Below, piece after piece: positions 39,564 through 49,363 of a stretch of DNA of 64,000 bases. The position numbers were made by a program, and so were the translations under genes. The notes beneath the pieces were generated by a model that searched no databases, was not told the origin of the DNA, and was given only the letters and a program-made list of their open reading frames with translations. The stretch's first letter is position 1; each line of letters starts with the position of its first letter. This DNA comes from Opitutales bacterium (lineage in GTDB: Bacteria; Verrucomicrobiota; Verrucomicrobiia; Opitutales; JAFGAQ01): positions 1,879-65,878 of the forward strand of contig JAPXRV010000009.1 in assembly GCA_033813415.1 (NCBI GenBank), in the 5' to 3' direction.

Positions 39564-40793
39564 ATGCCCTGGTATCTTTACATGGCCCTCAAGCAGCTTT
39601 TCCCCACAAGGAGAGGCTTTTCGTTTTTCGCGGTGATGTCGATTCTGGGCGTGTCGCTTGGAGTGGCCGTCCTGATCGGGGTTCAGAGCGTGATGAATGG
39701 GTTCGGGCGGGAGATCCGGGAAAGCCTGCTGAAAATCAACGGGGATATCCGGATCGAGTCCAACCGGGTGATCTACGATTGGGAACGCTTGGCGGATTTT
39801 GTGGAGGAGCGGGAAGATGTGGACTTGGTGAGTCCGTATGCGCATGGCGTGGTCATGCTGCAGCGTGGCAACCTGCCAATGTTTCCATCGGTTATGGGCA
39901 TTGACCTTACCCGGGAGCGCCAATTGCTCCCGATAGATGAGTTTATCCGCCAGGGGAGCTTGGAGGATCTGGACGATGATTCGGTGCTGTTGGGCTCAGT
40001 GATGGCCCAGCGGATAGGTGCGACTGTTGGAACATCGGTCGAACTCTACACTCCACTGATGCTGGATCGGCTCAAACGCGACGAAGTTTTGCTGCCGAGG
40101 GAAGTCACGGTTGCGGGCATTTTTGAGAGTGGCCGGCATGACGTGGATAGCAGCACCCTGATCACCTCGCTACGGCTGATGCAGGATCTCTATGGGATGG
40201 AAGACGGTATTCATGGATTGGCGGTCCGGTTGAAGGCGGATGCTAGCCTCGAGGAAGCGACCATGTCGATCAATGAGGCCTTGAGTTCTCCCTTGAAGGC
40301 GGTGACCTGGCTCGAAACGAACCGCGAATATGCGTATGTTCTGGAGTTCGAAAAGACGATGATGACCATCATACTCTTCTTCATTATCCTGGTGGCGTCC
40401 TTCTCCATTACGAGTGCATTGATGACCTCGGTTGTGCGTAAGACCCGTGAGATCGGGCTGATTGTGGCGATGGGCGCGCGGCCTTTTCAAGTGGCGATGA
40501 GTTATTGCGTGCAGGGTTTGATCATTGGGGTATCCGGCACGGTAGTGGGAATCGCGCTTCAGGCACTCATCCTGCACTACCGGAACGAAATCGTTTGGAC
40601 CTTTGCCCGTATCACGGATGGACGTGAGGCCATGCTGCGTTTTTATCAGTTCAACGATATTCCGGTCTACTATTCCATGTCCGATTTTGTCTTGGTGTGC
40701 GGGATGACGATCACCATCTGCCTGCTGGCCGGGATTCTTCCCGCCATACGGACTCTCAGGATGAAACCCTCGGATGCGTTGCGCAGTGAGTGA
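39564..40793 (+). CDS. lolC: Lipoprotein-releasing ABC transporter permease (LolC/E)
   Basis: LGVSLGVAVLIGVQSVMNGF, KTREIGLIVAMGA, four-TM MacB/FtsX layout. ATG 39564 chosen as start. Confidence 0.85.
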   Translation: MPWYLYMALKQLFPTRRGFSFFAVMSILGVSLGVAVLIGVQSVMNGFGREIRESLLKINGDIRIESNRVIYDWERLADFVEEREDVDLVSPYAHGVVMLQRGNLPMFPSVMGIDLTRERQLLPIDEFIRQGSLEDLDDDSVLLGSVMAQRIGATVGTSVELYTPLMLDRLKRDEVLLPREVTVAGIFESGRHDVDSSTLITSLRLMQDLYGMEDGIHGLAVRLKADASLEEATMSINEALSSPLKAVTWLETNREYAYVLEFEKTMMTIILFFIILVASFSITSALMTSVVRKTREIGLIVAMGARPFQVAMSYCVQGLIIGVSGTVVGIALQALILHYRNEIVWTFARITDGREAMLRFYQFNDIPVYYSMSDFVLVCGMTITICLLAGILPAIRTLRMKPSDALRSE

Positions 40794-40814
40794 ACCCATG
40801 GAAACCTTCGGGCG

Positions 40815-41573
40815 ATGAGCATAAGCCGACCAGATTCTGACCACGATGTGCCGTTGTTGGAGGTGACAAACCTTCGCAAGACTTTCCATGATTCGGGGCG
40901 TGCCATTCATGTCTTGAACGGCGTGAACCTGACGGTTCCGAATGGCAAAAATATCAGCATATGCGGCCAATCCGGAAGCGGAAAATCCACGTTTCTGAAC
41001 CTCATCAGTGGGCTTGAATCCCACGAAGAGGGTTCTATTCGCTGGAATGGATTGGAGATCATGGGGCTGAACGAGGGAAGGCTCACGCGGGAGCGGGGCC
41101 GGTTCTTCGGATTCATTTTTCAGGCCTATTACCTGGTGCCGGAAATCAACGTGGTCGAAAACGTTCTGTTGGCGGCCCGTTTGCTGGGGAGACTCCGCCA
41201 GAACACCCGTGACCGGGCGGTTTCTCTGCTCGAACAGGTCGGCCTGAAAGACCGGATGCGTTATCCTGTTCAGAAGCTGTCAGGCGGCGAGCGTCAGCGT
41301 GTGGCGGTTGCGCGGGCCCTCATGAATGAACCCAAGGTCATTCTTGCGGATGAACCGACGGGTAATCTCGACGAAAACACGGCTTCCGAAGTGATGGACT
41401 TGATTGTGGGGATTTGTCGCAAGCAGGGCAGTTCGCTCATATTGGTCACGCACAATCCGGTGTTTGCGCGGAAAATGGATCAGGAGTATTTGCTGCATGA
41501 AGGGGTGTTGAATGTGGTCCGCGACAGTGAATCCGCCCAAATGATTCCCCCGGAGTTTCAAACCGGAGATTGA
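40815..41573 (+). CDS. lolD: Lipoprotein-releasing ABC transporter ATPase
   Basis: GQSGSGKST, LSGGERQRVAVARAL, LADEPTGNLD, VTHN. Confidence 0.88.
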   Translation: MSISRPDSDHDVPLLEVTNLRKTFHDSGRAIHVLNGVNLTVPNGKNISICGQSGSGKSTFLNLISGLESHEEGSIRWNGLEIMGLNEGRLTRERGRFFGFIFQAYYLVPEINVVENVLLAARLLGRLRQNTRDRAVSLLEQVGLKDRMRYPVQKLSGGERQRVAVARALMNEPKVILADEPTGNLDENTASEVMDLIVGICRKQGSSLILVTHNPVFARKMDQEYLLHEGVLNVVRDSESAQMIPPEFQTGD

Positions 41574-41732
41574 TGCGGATCTCCGCTTCTAAACTCAGTG
41601 TGGAATGTGGTTGGACCGGGTGTGGATAACGACAGTTTTGCTGACGCTATGGAGCCGTGCTCTGAGCGAGGTGATTTCTTATCTTGCCCGGATGGGTGTC
41701 GGGGCTTTGTATGACCTTGCAAGCAATCACAT

Positions 41733-42743
41733 ATGGATACGACGCCCACAGTTGAAGAAGCAACTCCCCTCCCAGAGCCCAGGATCATCCGTTGCGGTGT
41801 CGCCGGTGTGGGCTCTCTCGGTCAGCATCACGCGAGAATCTACCACGCGCTGGAGGAAGCCGAGCTGGTGGGTATCTTCGAGATGAATGATCAGCGTGCG
41901 GAGGAAATCTGTGCACGCTATGGATGCCGGCGGTTTACCAGTCTGGATGAGATGGGCGAAGCATGTGAGGCCATCAGCGTGGCGGTTCCCACGGATTACC
42001 ATCATCGTGTGGCGATGCCACTTCTGGAAAAAGGGTGTCATCTGATGATTGAAAAGCCGCTGAGCACCAACTTGCAGGAGGCTGAGGATATTGTTGCGGC
42101 GGCTAAACGCAAAGGGGTGATTGCACAAGTCGGGCACATTGAGCATTTCAATCCGGTCACGACTTTTCTGGAAGAGCACATCTACCACCCGCGCTATATC
42201 CAGGCCGATCGCTTTGCTCCGTTTCAGCCGCGTGGAACCGAAGTGGGTGTGGTTCTTGACCTGATGATCCACGACCTCGGCGTGATCAAGCAGTTGGTCC
42301 GTTCTCCGGTTAGCCGGGTGGAGGCGATCGGGGTGAATGTGCTGTCACCGACTGAGGACATCGCGAATGCGAGAATTGTCTTCGAAAACGGATGCGTCGC
42401 AAATATCAACACGAGTCGCGTGTCGATGCGCAAGGTGCGGGACATCCGGGTGTTTCAACCCAATGCTTACCTTTCGCTGAATTTCATGGAGCAGCAGGGG
42501 CACTTGTTGACCCAGCGCGGAAAGTCGATCGAAAGGCATGACATTCCAATTGAAAAAGCCGAGCCTTTGATGTTGGAGCTTCGGTCCTTTGTGCAATGCA
42601 TCCGGACGGGCGAGAAACCCAAGGTGGATGTGGAGTTTGCCAAGGATACGTTGGAGTTGGCGCTGACAATTACGCACCAGATACGCGAGCAGCTGAAAAA
42701 GGAGATCCGGTTTCCGACTTTTGAGGAAGAGGACGAAGGCTGA
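41733..42743 (+). CDS. Gfo/Idh/MocA-family NAD-dependent oxidoreductase
   Basis: GVAGVGSLG, IEKP, VGHIEHFNP, DLMIHD. Confidence 0.9.
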   Translation: MDTTPTVEEATPLPEPRIIRCGVAGVGSLGQHHARIYHALEEAELVGIFEMNDQRAEEICARYGCRRFTSLDEMGEACEAISVAVPTDYHHRVAMPLLEKGCHLMIEKPLSTNLQEAEDIVAAAKRKGVIAQVGHIEHFNPVTTFLEEHIYHPRYIQADRFAPFQPRGTEVGVVLDLMIHDLGVIKQLVRSPVSRVEAIGVNVLSPTEDIANARIVFENGCVANINTSRVSMRKVRDIRVFQPNAYLSLNFMEQQGHLLTQRGKSIERHDIPIEKAEPLMLELRSFVQCIRTGEKPKVDVEFAKDTLELALTITHQIREQLKKEIRFPTFEEEDEG

Positions 42744-42831
42744 TTGACGAACAGATGCTCCGGCGAATGCTTGCCAGCTGGTCTGTAAGATCCTCATTGC
42801 ATTGGAACCAACGGAGGCGTAGAGAATAGAC

Positions 42832-42957
42832 ATGCCCTCCAAACCTCGACTCACGCGTGCCCGAATTTGGGTCATCGTCGGTTTGTCCATCGTGATCCTG
42901 GTCCTCTGGGGCGCGGTTCAACTTGTTTTTTTCCATTACGCCCAGATGGATTTCTGA
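42832..42957 (+). CDS. Small single-pass membrane protein, 41 aa (below the ORF-track cut-off)
   Basis: Manual translation MPSKPRLTRARIWVIVGLSIVILVLWGAVQLVFFHYAQMDF; basic N-terminus plus ~22 hydrophobic residues; GGAGG 14 nt upstream; fills the gap between two genes. Confidence 0.6.
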   Translation: MPSKPRLTRARIWVIVGLSIVILVLWGAVQLVFFHYAQMDF

Positions 42958-43033
42958 GTTCGCAAAGCCGTCCAGACTAAAAAGGCTGACCTGAACGCAA
43001 GCGGGCAGGAAGCGACCCTCGATCGCCCGGTTG

Positions 43034-43705
43034 CTACCGGGATGCTTCAACGTCACTCCTGATCTGGCCCACCACGGCGTCGATCCCAAAGGCTCCGGTG
43101 TCGATCATAATCGAGCCTTCGGGGCGTCGGAGCGGGGCCTGGGTGCGGGATGAATCGATTTGGTCGCGGCGGGTGACGGAATCCGCCAGTCCTTCGTTGT
43201 CGCGTCGCTGTTGGCGTGTGGAAGGATCGGCGAAGAGGTAGTAGCGGAAACGGGCATCCGGAAATACCACGGAGCCGATGTCGCGACCCTCCATCACGAT
43301 TCCCTTGAATCCGTGTTCAAGTGCTACCCGCGCCTGTGAGCGTTGGTATTCGAGCAGGCAGTTCCGGATCGCGGGTTGCGCTGCATAGAACGAGACCATC
43401 CGGTTGATGGTTTCCGTCCGGATCATGGATTCAGGAATCCTTGCACCATCGACCAGCAGGATGGACCGCCGGCCTTCGATGTCGGTCCCGAGCTTCAGGT
43501 GCCTTAGCACATCAGGATCGGAGGAAATCTGCTCCGGAGAAATTCCCTTGTCGAGCAGCACATGGGTCAGGGTGCGATAGTGCGCCCCGGTGTCCACATG
43601 CAGCAGGTCAAGTTCATCTGCCAGATGGCGGGATGTGGTCGACTTTCCGGATGCGGCAGCGCCGTCGATTGTGATGATGAGAGGTTCGGAAGTCGAAGGG
43701 CTCAT
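43034..43705 (-). CDS. cmk: Cytidylate kinase
   Basis: ITIDGAAASGKST, DTGAHYR, VMEGRDIGSVVFPDA, RRDQID. Confidence 0.93.
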   Translation of the reverse strand: MSPSTSEPLIITIDGAAASGKSTTSRHLADELDLLHVDTGAHYRTLTHVLLDKGISPEQISSDPDVLRHLKLGTDIEGRRSILLVDGARIPESMIRTETINRMVSFYAAQPAIRNCLLEYQRSQARVALEHGFKGIVMEGRDIGSVVFPDARFRYYLFADPSTRQQRRDNEGLADSVTRRDQIDSSRTQAPLRRPEGSIMIDTGAFGIDAVVGQIRSDVEASR

Positions 43706-45090
43706 TGCGGGGCAGCGGTGAAGGTTGTTTGGCGCAGTGATTCAAGCACGGTGAAGAAGTCTGGAAAGGTCTTGGCGCAGCATCCCGGATCCCGGATCTC
43801 CATCCATGGCTGGCCGTTTTCGAGTAGATCCCGGCATCCCAGGATAGCGAAACTCATGGCGACGCGGTGATCGCGATAGGTGTCGATCACCACGCCCGAA
43901 CGGGCTGCTTCGAGCAGATCTGGCATGCTCGGGACGATCCTGAGACTGTCCTCGCACTCATCGACGGTTTGCCCCAGCTTGCGAAGCTCCGTTGCCATGG
44001 CGTGAACCCGGTCGGACTCCTGCTTGCGGGTGTGGGCAATGCCGGATATATGAATAGGCCGACTTAGCAACGGGGCCACGGCAGCCAACGATAGAAAGGT
44101 GTCGGAGATGGCGTTGAAGTCGATCGAATCGGGATGCCGGAGCGTGTGAGGAAAGGTCACTTCGAGGTCTTGTGATGCCCCTTCAGTAATCAAGCGGGTG
44201 ACCCCTCCCACTCTCTCGGCGACATTCTGGAAAGCGGCATCTCCCTGGAGCCCGTCACGGACAAAGTCCGCGATGCGCAAGCTTCCGCCGACGACCTTTG
44301 GCAGCATAACAAAATAGCTGGCAGCCGTTGCGTCTCTTTCAATCAAGTAATGATCCTTGTTGAATGGATATCCAGCCGGGTCGCTGATAGTGAAAGAAAC
44401 CGGATCCTTGAAGGATCGCACCTCGGATGCTCCGAATGCTTCCATCATCCTCAGGGTCATTTCGATGAACGGGTGTGAGACTGTCCCGCCTTGAAGCTCG
44501 ATGACGATTGGATCCTGAGAGAGTGCCCCCGCCATCAGGATTCCGGATAGAATCTGACTGCTCTCAGAGGCATCAACGCGGTATTTTCCCCCACGGATGC
44601 CTGTGGGCTCGATAATGACGGGAAGTCGCCCGGGATTACCCTCGAAATGGACTTTGCTTCCGGAATCAGCCAGGAATTCGAGGATTCCCGCCATCGGACG
44701 CTTCCTCATGGCGTCGCTCCCATCGACCCGAAACCGGCCGGCCGGTTGGGCACCCAGAATGCCCACGAGAAGACGGGCCACGGTTCCCGCGGTTCCAACC
44801 TGTAGATCAGCTTGTTTCGCGGGAAAGACTCCGCCGCACCCGTGTACAACCACAGTCTCGGAATCGACCTCGTCGATGCGCACGCCCAAACGCCGCAGGC
44901 AGTCCAGCATCCAGTGGACGTCTTCGCTCCGGAGCAATCCATTGAGCCTGACCTTGCGATTGGTGAGCGATGCGAGCAGGAGCGCCCGATTGGAAATGCT
45001 CTTGGACCCGGGCACAAACACCCTTGGATTGCGCAGCGGGCGGGTAAACGGGATGACAGGCAGAGGATCCTGGATAGGTTTCATGAGCAT
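43702..45090 (-). CDS. aroA: EPSP synthase
   Basis: PGSKSISNRALL, GTAGT, SSQ, RKQESDR, DHRVAMSF, KTFPDFF; 4-bp overlap with cmk. Confidence 0.95.
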   Translation of the reverse strand: MLMKPIQDPLPVIPFTRPLRNPRVFVPGSKSISNRALLLASLTNRKVRLNGLLRSEDVHWMLDCLRRLGVRIDEVDSETVVVHGCGGVFPAKQADLQVGTAGTVARLLVGILGAQPAGRFRVDGSDAMRKRPMAGILEFLADSGSKVHFEGNPGRLPVIIEPTGIRGGKYRVDASESSQILSGILMAGALSQDPIVIELQGGTVSHPFIEMTLRMMEAFGASEVRSFKDPVSFTISDPAGYPFNKDHYLIERDATAASYFVMLPKVVGGSLRIADFVRDGLQGDAAFQNVAERVGGVTRLITEGASQDLEVTFPHTLRHPDSIDFNAISDTFLSLAAVAPLLSRPIHISGIAHTRKQESDRVHAMATELRKLGQTVDECEDSLRIVPSMPDLLEAARSGVVIDTYRDHRVAMSFAILGCRDLLENGQPWMEIRDPGCCAKTFPDFFTVLESLRQTTFTAAPQ

Positions 45091-45242
45091 AAGCTAGAAC
45101 CACACCCAAAAAAAAGCAGGTTGATATCAACAAAAAAGTCACCTTACTCGAAGGCAGTTGATCCGGTGTTGGTATTTTTGAATCTCCGGACTGTTCTTAT
45201 TTTTCTCTTCCGGAATCGGAAACCGGTATCGAAACGCAGTTC

Positions 45243-46670
45243 ATGCATCACGTATATTTCATGGGAATTGGCGGAACCGCCATGGGCTCAGTGGCTATTC
45301 TGCTCAAACAGAAAGGCTATCGTGTATCGGGTTCCGATCAGAACCTCTACCCGCCAATGTCCGACCGGTTGAGGGATGCCGGCATCGAGACATGGGAAGG
45401 CTACGACGCGGCGCACCTTGTGATCGCTGCCCCGGACCTGGTGGTTGTCGGAAATGTGATTGGCCGGGGCAACCCTGAGGCGGAGTGGCTTCTGGAGCAT
45501 CGCACGCTCCGTTTTGTTTCCCTTCCGGAGCTGATCCGTACGCACTTGATCGGGAATCGCGATGCGATCGTGATATCCGGAACTCATGGCAAGACCACAA
45601 CCACCGCGCTGATCCAGCATCTGCTGACTCGCAGTGGTGTGCGGCCGGGCCACCTGATTGCGGGGGTTCCGAATGCTGGATTTCCATCAGCCTTCGATGG
45701 GGATCCGGATTCGCCGTTTGTGATCGAAGGGGACGAATACGACAGTGCGTTTTTCGACAAGCGCAGCAAGTTCATTCACTATTTTCCGAAGATATTGATA
45801 ATCAATAATCTGGAGTATGATCACGCCGACATATTCAGAGACCTGGATGATGTGGAGAGGTCTTTCAAGCACCTGGTGCGATTGGTTCCGGCATCAGGCA
45901 GTATCCTCATCAATGGGGATGATTCACGCCTGGCCGAATGGGTGCGGGCTTCCTCGTTTTCCCGCGTTTGGACGATTGGTTGTGGGGCGGAGAATGATGT
46001 TCGGATCAAGGATTTCTCTGAGCGGGCCGATGGCAGCTGTTTTTCTCTGGAGATTTCGGGGTGCCCCTGGATGGAGGTGTCCTGGAGTCTTGCGGCTCTC
46101 TACAATGCCCGGAACGCCGCAATGGCGGCGCTTGCAACCGCGCTGCAGTTGAATCCCCGTGATCCTGGATTGGTTAAGGTAAGCGGTTTCGAAGCGTTTG
46201 AAGGGGTTCGCAGGCGCCAACAGATCCGGCTGCGAAAGGAATCCCTGCTGGTGGTCGAGGACTTCGGGCACCACCCGACTGCTGTCAAAGAGACCTTGCG
46301 CAGCCTCAGGAACCGGTTTCCGGATCGTGCGTTGTGGGTTTGTTTTGAGCCCAGATCGAACACGGCCACGATGCCTGTGTTTGAGCGGGAGTGGATCGAA
46401 GCCCTCGGCCTTTCTCAACGCTGTTGGATTGCTCCTGTTCACCGGGCAAACCTGATCCCGGATGAGCGGCGGTTGAACACGGCGCGTATTGCTTCGACGC
46501 TGACGACAAATCACGGGGTTGATGCATCGGCACACACAGCATTGGATGAGATGGAGACGAGTCTGTATGCCGGTTTGGATGCTGAAAGAGATCCAAAGCT
46601 GCTGGTGTTTTTCACCAATGGATCCTTCGGCGGACTGATCGACCGTTCGGTAGCGCGTTACTCGAAGTGA
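45243..46670 (+). CDS. mpl: Murein peptide ligase
   Basis: HVYFMGIGGTAMG, GTHGKTTTT, EGDEYDSAFFDKRSKF, NNLEYDHADIF, FEPRSNT. Confidence 0.9.
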   Translation: MHHVYFMGIGGTAMGSVAILLKQKGYRVSGSDQNLYPPMSDRLRDAGIETWEGYDAAHLVIAAPDLVVVGNVIGRGNPEAEWLLEHRTLRFVSLPELIRTHLIGNRDAIVISGTHGKTTTTALIQHLLTRSGVRPGHLIAGVPNAGFPSAFDGDPDSPFVIEGDEYDSAFFDKRSKFIHYFPKILIINNLEYDHADIFRDLDDVERSFKHLVRLVPASGSILINGDDSRLAEWVRASSFSRVWTIGCGAENDVRIKDFSERADGSCFSLEISGCPWMEVSWSLAALYNARNAAMAALATALQLNPRDPGLVKVSGFEAFEGVRRRQQIRLRKESLLVVEDFGHHPTAVKETLRSLRNRFPDRALWVCFEPRSNTATMPVFEREWIEALGLSQRCWIAPVHRANLIPDERRLNTARIASTLTTNHGVDASAHTALDEMETSLYAGLDAERDPKLLVFFTNGSFGGLIDRSVARYSK

Positions 46671-46726
46671 CGCTGGATGGTTTGGAGTGCCTCCGCCACT
46701 GCGGAGGCCATACAAGCCGGTGTCTG

Positions 46727-48166
46727 TCAGGCGCTGGAGCCGGGCAGCATGGAAGTTGATTCCTGGGATTGAAAGGGCGGGAGCGGAGGCATCGGATAGG
46801 TTCCTTCCGGAGCGCGGCGGAATTCCCCTTCCGGCAAAGGCACAACGGGCCTCCGGATGGGGGCTGCCGGCGGAAGTATCGTCATTGGCTTATCCGCGGT
46901 TTTCTCCACGAAGGCTCCCTGAATCTGCTGGGATAGGGTCCAGAGAACCGGAATCTCAACCAGATGCGGCCGGATACGCAATGGATTAGGGGCCAGTGAC
47001 CCGCTCGGCAGTCGGGTGGGTGAATGCCCGAAGGCGCTTGCCGGGAAATACATCACCTGCTTGCTCAGGCTTTCCGCATTTGCGACGATCGTCGGGGCCA
47101 CACTCAGGAGCAACTCCCTCACCAGATTGGAGTTGTTCATGACCGCGTCCCGGTCAAAGACGCCATCGCGGATCGGGTTTTTGAAGCGGGACTTGTCCAC
47201 AAGCGTCATCCAGATGTCGCTTTTGCCCAGAATGATCGCGAGTGGCTTGTGAATCTCATCGTTCACCGAGAGCCGCAGAGTCTTCCGGATTCGGATTTCC
47301 ATTTCGGAAAGGAGAACATCCTGCTGATCGATGCGCCCCGGATGCTTGAGTTGGGGGTCCGGGTGGAATTGGAGCCGTTGCCGGAAGGCGGGCAGGGTGG
47401 TGGGATCGACTAAAAAGAAGAGTGCGGCAGCGGCAGCGGTGTGAAGGGAACCCGGGGACGTTGAGATGTCGATGCCGGGCTCGAAGTGCTCGCCTGCGTT
47501 GTCGTAGAAGATCAGGTTGCACATGCCCTGATGCGTCTTGGACCGGACCAAAGAGTATACGAAGGGTCTCGGGTAGGATACCACCCGGCCGTTTCGCCGG
47601 ATTCTCAAATACATCCGGCCGTCGAGTTGGGTTTTGAGAAGTGCCGCCTGCTCGATGCTACCACCTCCGAACAGGCAGTTTTTCATATCGTTGAGCGGTG
47701 CGTTTCCGGCGGGATCGGCATCTTTGAGCACCATGCCGTAGTTCTGGAACAAGCTGAGCTGAAGGCTATTGATCAAGGCGCTCAGATAGTTCGACTTGCC
47801 GGAACCAGGGGCTCCCACGATGGACAGAATGAACTGCGGGAGCTCGAGAAAGCCCTGCGGCAAACGGAAATGCACGTAAGGGTCGGCGATTTCCGAGCAG
47901 ATCCTGTCGTAGGCATCCAGGACGCAACCCCGATCATCAAAACGGGTGGCGTGGAAACGGAGCCTTTCGTTTTCTCCAAGGATCGGATCCCCTGTCAGAC
48001 GGCTGTCAGCAGCTACGTGAAGGATGTCTCCGTAGTCAAAGCTTTCCCAGCAATAGGGCGAAATGAGCGGACCGTGCATGCCCTGCTTCATCCCCGGAAG
48101 GGTATCCGGGGTAATGGCGCCCACCTCTTCTCCTGCAGTGTGGGTCCCTGTGCTGCGGGGGTTCAT
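46727..48166 (-). CDS. TRAFAC-class P-loop GTPase-domain protein of unknown function
   Basis: G1 GAPGSGKS, G3 YDNAGE, G4 LGKSD, G5-like SAFG; Pro-rich C-terminal tail. Confidence 0.75.
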   Translation of the reverse strand: MNPRSTGTHTAGEEVGAITPDTLPGMKQGMHGPLISPYCWESFDYGDILHVAADSRLTGDPILGENERLRFHATRFDDRGCVLDAYDRICSEIADPYVHFRLPQGFLELPQFILSIVGAPGSGKSNYLSALINSLQLSLFQNYGMVLKDADPAGNAPLNDMKNCLFGGGSIEQAALLKTQLDGRMYLRIRRNGRVVSYPRPFVYSLVRSKTHQGMCNLIFYDNAGEHFEPGIDISTSPGSLHTAAAAALFFLVDPTTLPAFRQRLQFHPDPQLKHPGRIDQQDVLLSEMEIRIRKTLRLSVNDEIHKPLAIILGKSDIWMTLVDKSRFKNPIRDGVFDRDAVMNNSNLVRELLLSVAPTIVANAESLSKQVMYFPASAFGHSPTRLPSGSLAPNPLRIRPHLVEIPVLWTLSQQIQGAFVEKTADKPMTILPPAAPIRRPVVPLPEGEFRRAPEGTYPMPPLPPFQSQESTSMLPGSSA

Positions 48167-48186
48167 TTTACTGAAGCTTTACGCAT

Positions 48187-49284
48187 TCACCGGCGTGATG
48201 CAAACTCCAAAACAATATCAAGCCAAAGATGGGATTGCCTTTCCGGATCGAAGCGTGACCGGGCAAACTCCTTGCAATCGGAAGAAACAGTGGATGGAAA
48301 CAAGCCGTCACTGAGCCACCGGATGAGCGCGGCCTGGAGGGCATGTGAATCCCCTCTGGGTATGAGCAGGCCGGTCTTACCGTCGATGAAGCACTCCCGG
48401 ACGCCTGCCTCATCATATGCGATGATTGGCAAGCCGTGATATTGGGCTTCGACAAGAAAATTGGGAAGCGACTCCTCAAGGGATGCGGATACGGCCAGAT
48501 CCGCCCCGCAATAGAACGGAGTCACGTCCGGGCGATGTCCCCAGAATATGCATTGGATCTGGGCTGGAAGCGTTTTTGCGAGTTCCCGGCACCGGTTCAT
48601 CCTGGACCCTTCCCCGACAAACCACACCTGAAGCGGCAGATCTTTTGGCAGGCTGGCCAATGTCCGTAATAGACCCTCCTGATTTTTTCCTGGGACAAAT
48701 GAAGCCACGCACAGGATGACTCTGGTATCCGGCTTGCATCCGGCCTGTGTCCGGATCTGGCTGCGGTGCAGTTCGGACGTTTCCGGGTCTGGAACCGGGC
48801 CTTTCAGGAAAGGATTGTAGACGATGGCCACTTTGGAGACGTCGATTCCGAGCGATTCGGCTCTTGATGCCGCCCATTGGCTGTTCGCGATGACCTTGCC
48901 GGCTTGCTGGAGGCTCTTCCGGTATCCGGAGGGAATGGAGCGTCCTGTCCTCAGGCTTGCGATCACCGGGATTTCCGGGAATTGGCTTCGGATCGGGTTT
49001 CCCATGCTGTTGGCAACCCTTCCCATCAGGATGATCGCATCCGGTTTCTCGTCCCGGATAGCGGATCGCCAGCCGGGAGCCCAGAAATTCACTCCGCTTT
49101 GGAACGGCTGCAGGGTGCGATGTGCCACGGGTGCGTCGATGATGGCGGAGGAAAGCCTGCCTCCGGGGCGATTGGTGAGCAATACCGACTGATGTCCTTG
49201 TCCACATACCCATCGGCTGAGGTGCAGCGTGTGGGCTTCGGTTCCCCCAACCCTGAGATAGTCCTGATAGAATAGAATCTTCAA
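48187..49284 (-). CDS. Glycosyltransferase family 4
   Basis: GGTEAH, ILCVASFVPGKN, SASLEESLPNFLVEA...GLPIIA. Confidence 0.9.
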   Translation of the reverse strand: MKILFYQDYLRVGGTEAHTLHLSRWVCGQGHQSVLLTNRPGGRLSSAIIDAPVAHRTLQPFQSGVNFWAPGWRSAIRDEKPDAIILMGRVANSMGNPIRSQFPEIPVIASLRTGRSIPSGYRKSLQQAGKVIANSQWAASRAESLGIDVSKVAIVYNPFLKGPVPDPETSELHRSQIRTQAGCKPDTRVILCVASFVPGKNQEGLLRTLASLPKDLPLQVWFVGEGSRMNRCRELAKTLPAQIQCIFWGHRPDVTPFYCGADLAVSASLEESLPNFLVEAQYHGLPIIAYDEAGVRECFIDGKTGLLIPRGDSHALQAALIRWLSDGLFPSTVSSDCKEFARSRFDPERQSHLWLDIVLEFASRR

Positions 49285-49363
49285 GGCTGGATGGGCTGAT
49301 ATGGCAGCTTGTTGCGGACGATGCTTGGAGGTTCTTATTGCGGACTCGAAAGCCTTTTCCGGA

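Noticed and set aside
42670-43089. 139-aa minus-strand ORF
   Set aside because: It overlaps both flanking genes. The plus-strand 41-aa membrane ORF explains the gap better.
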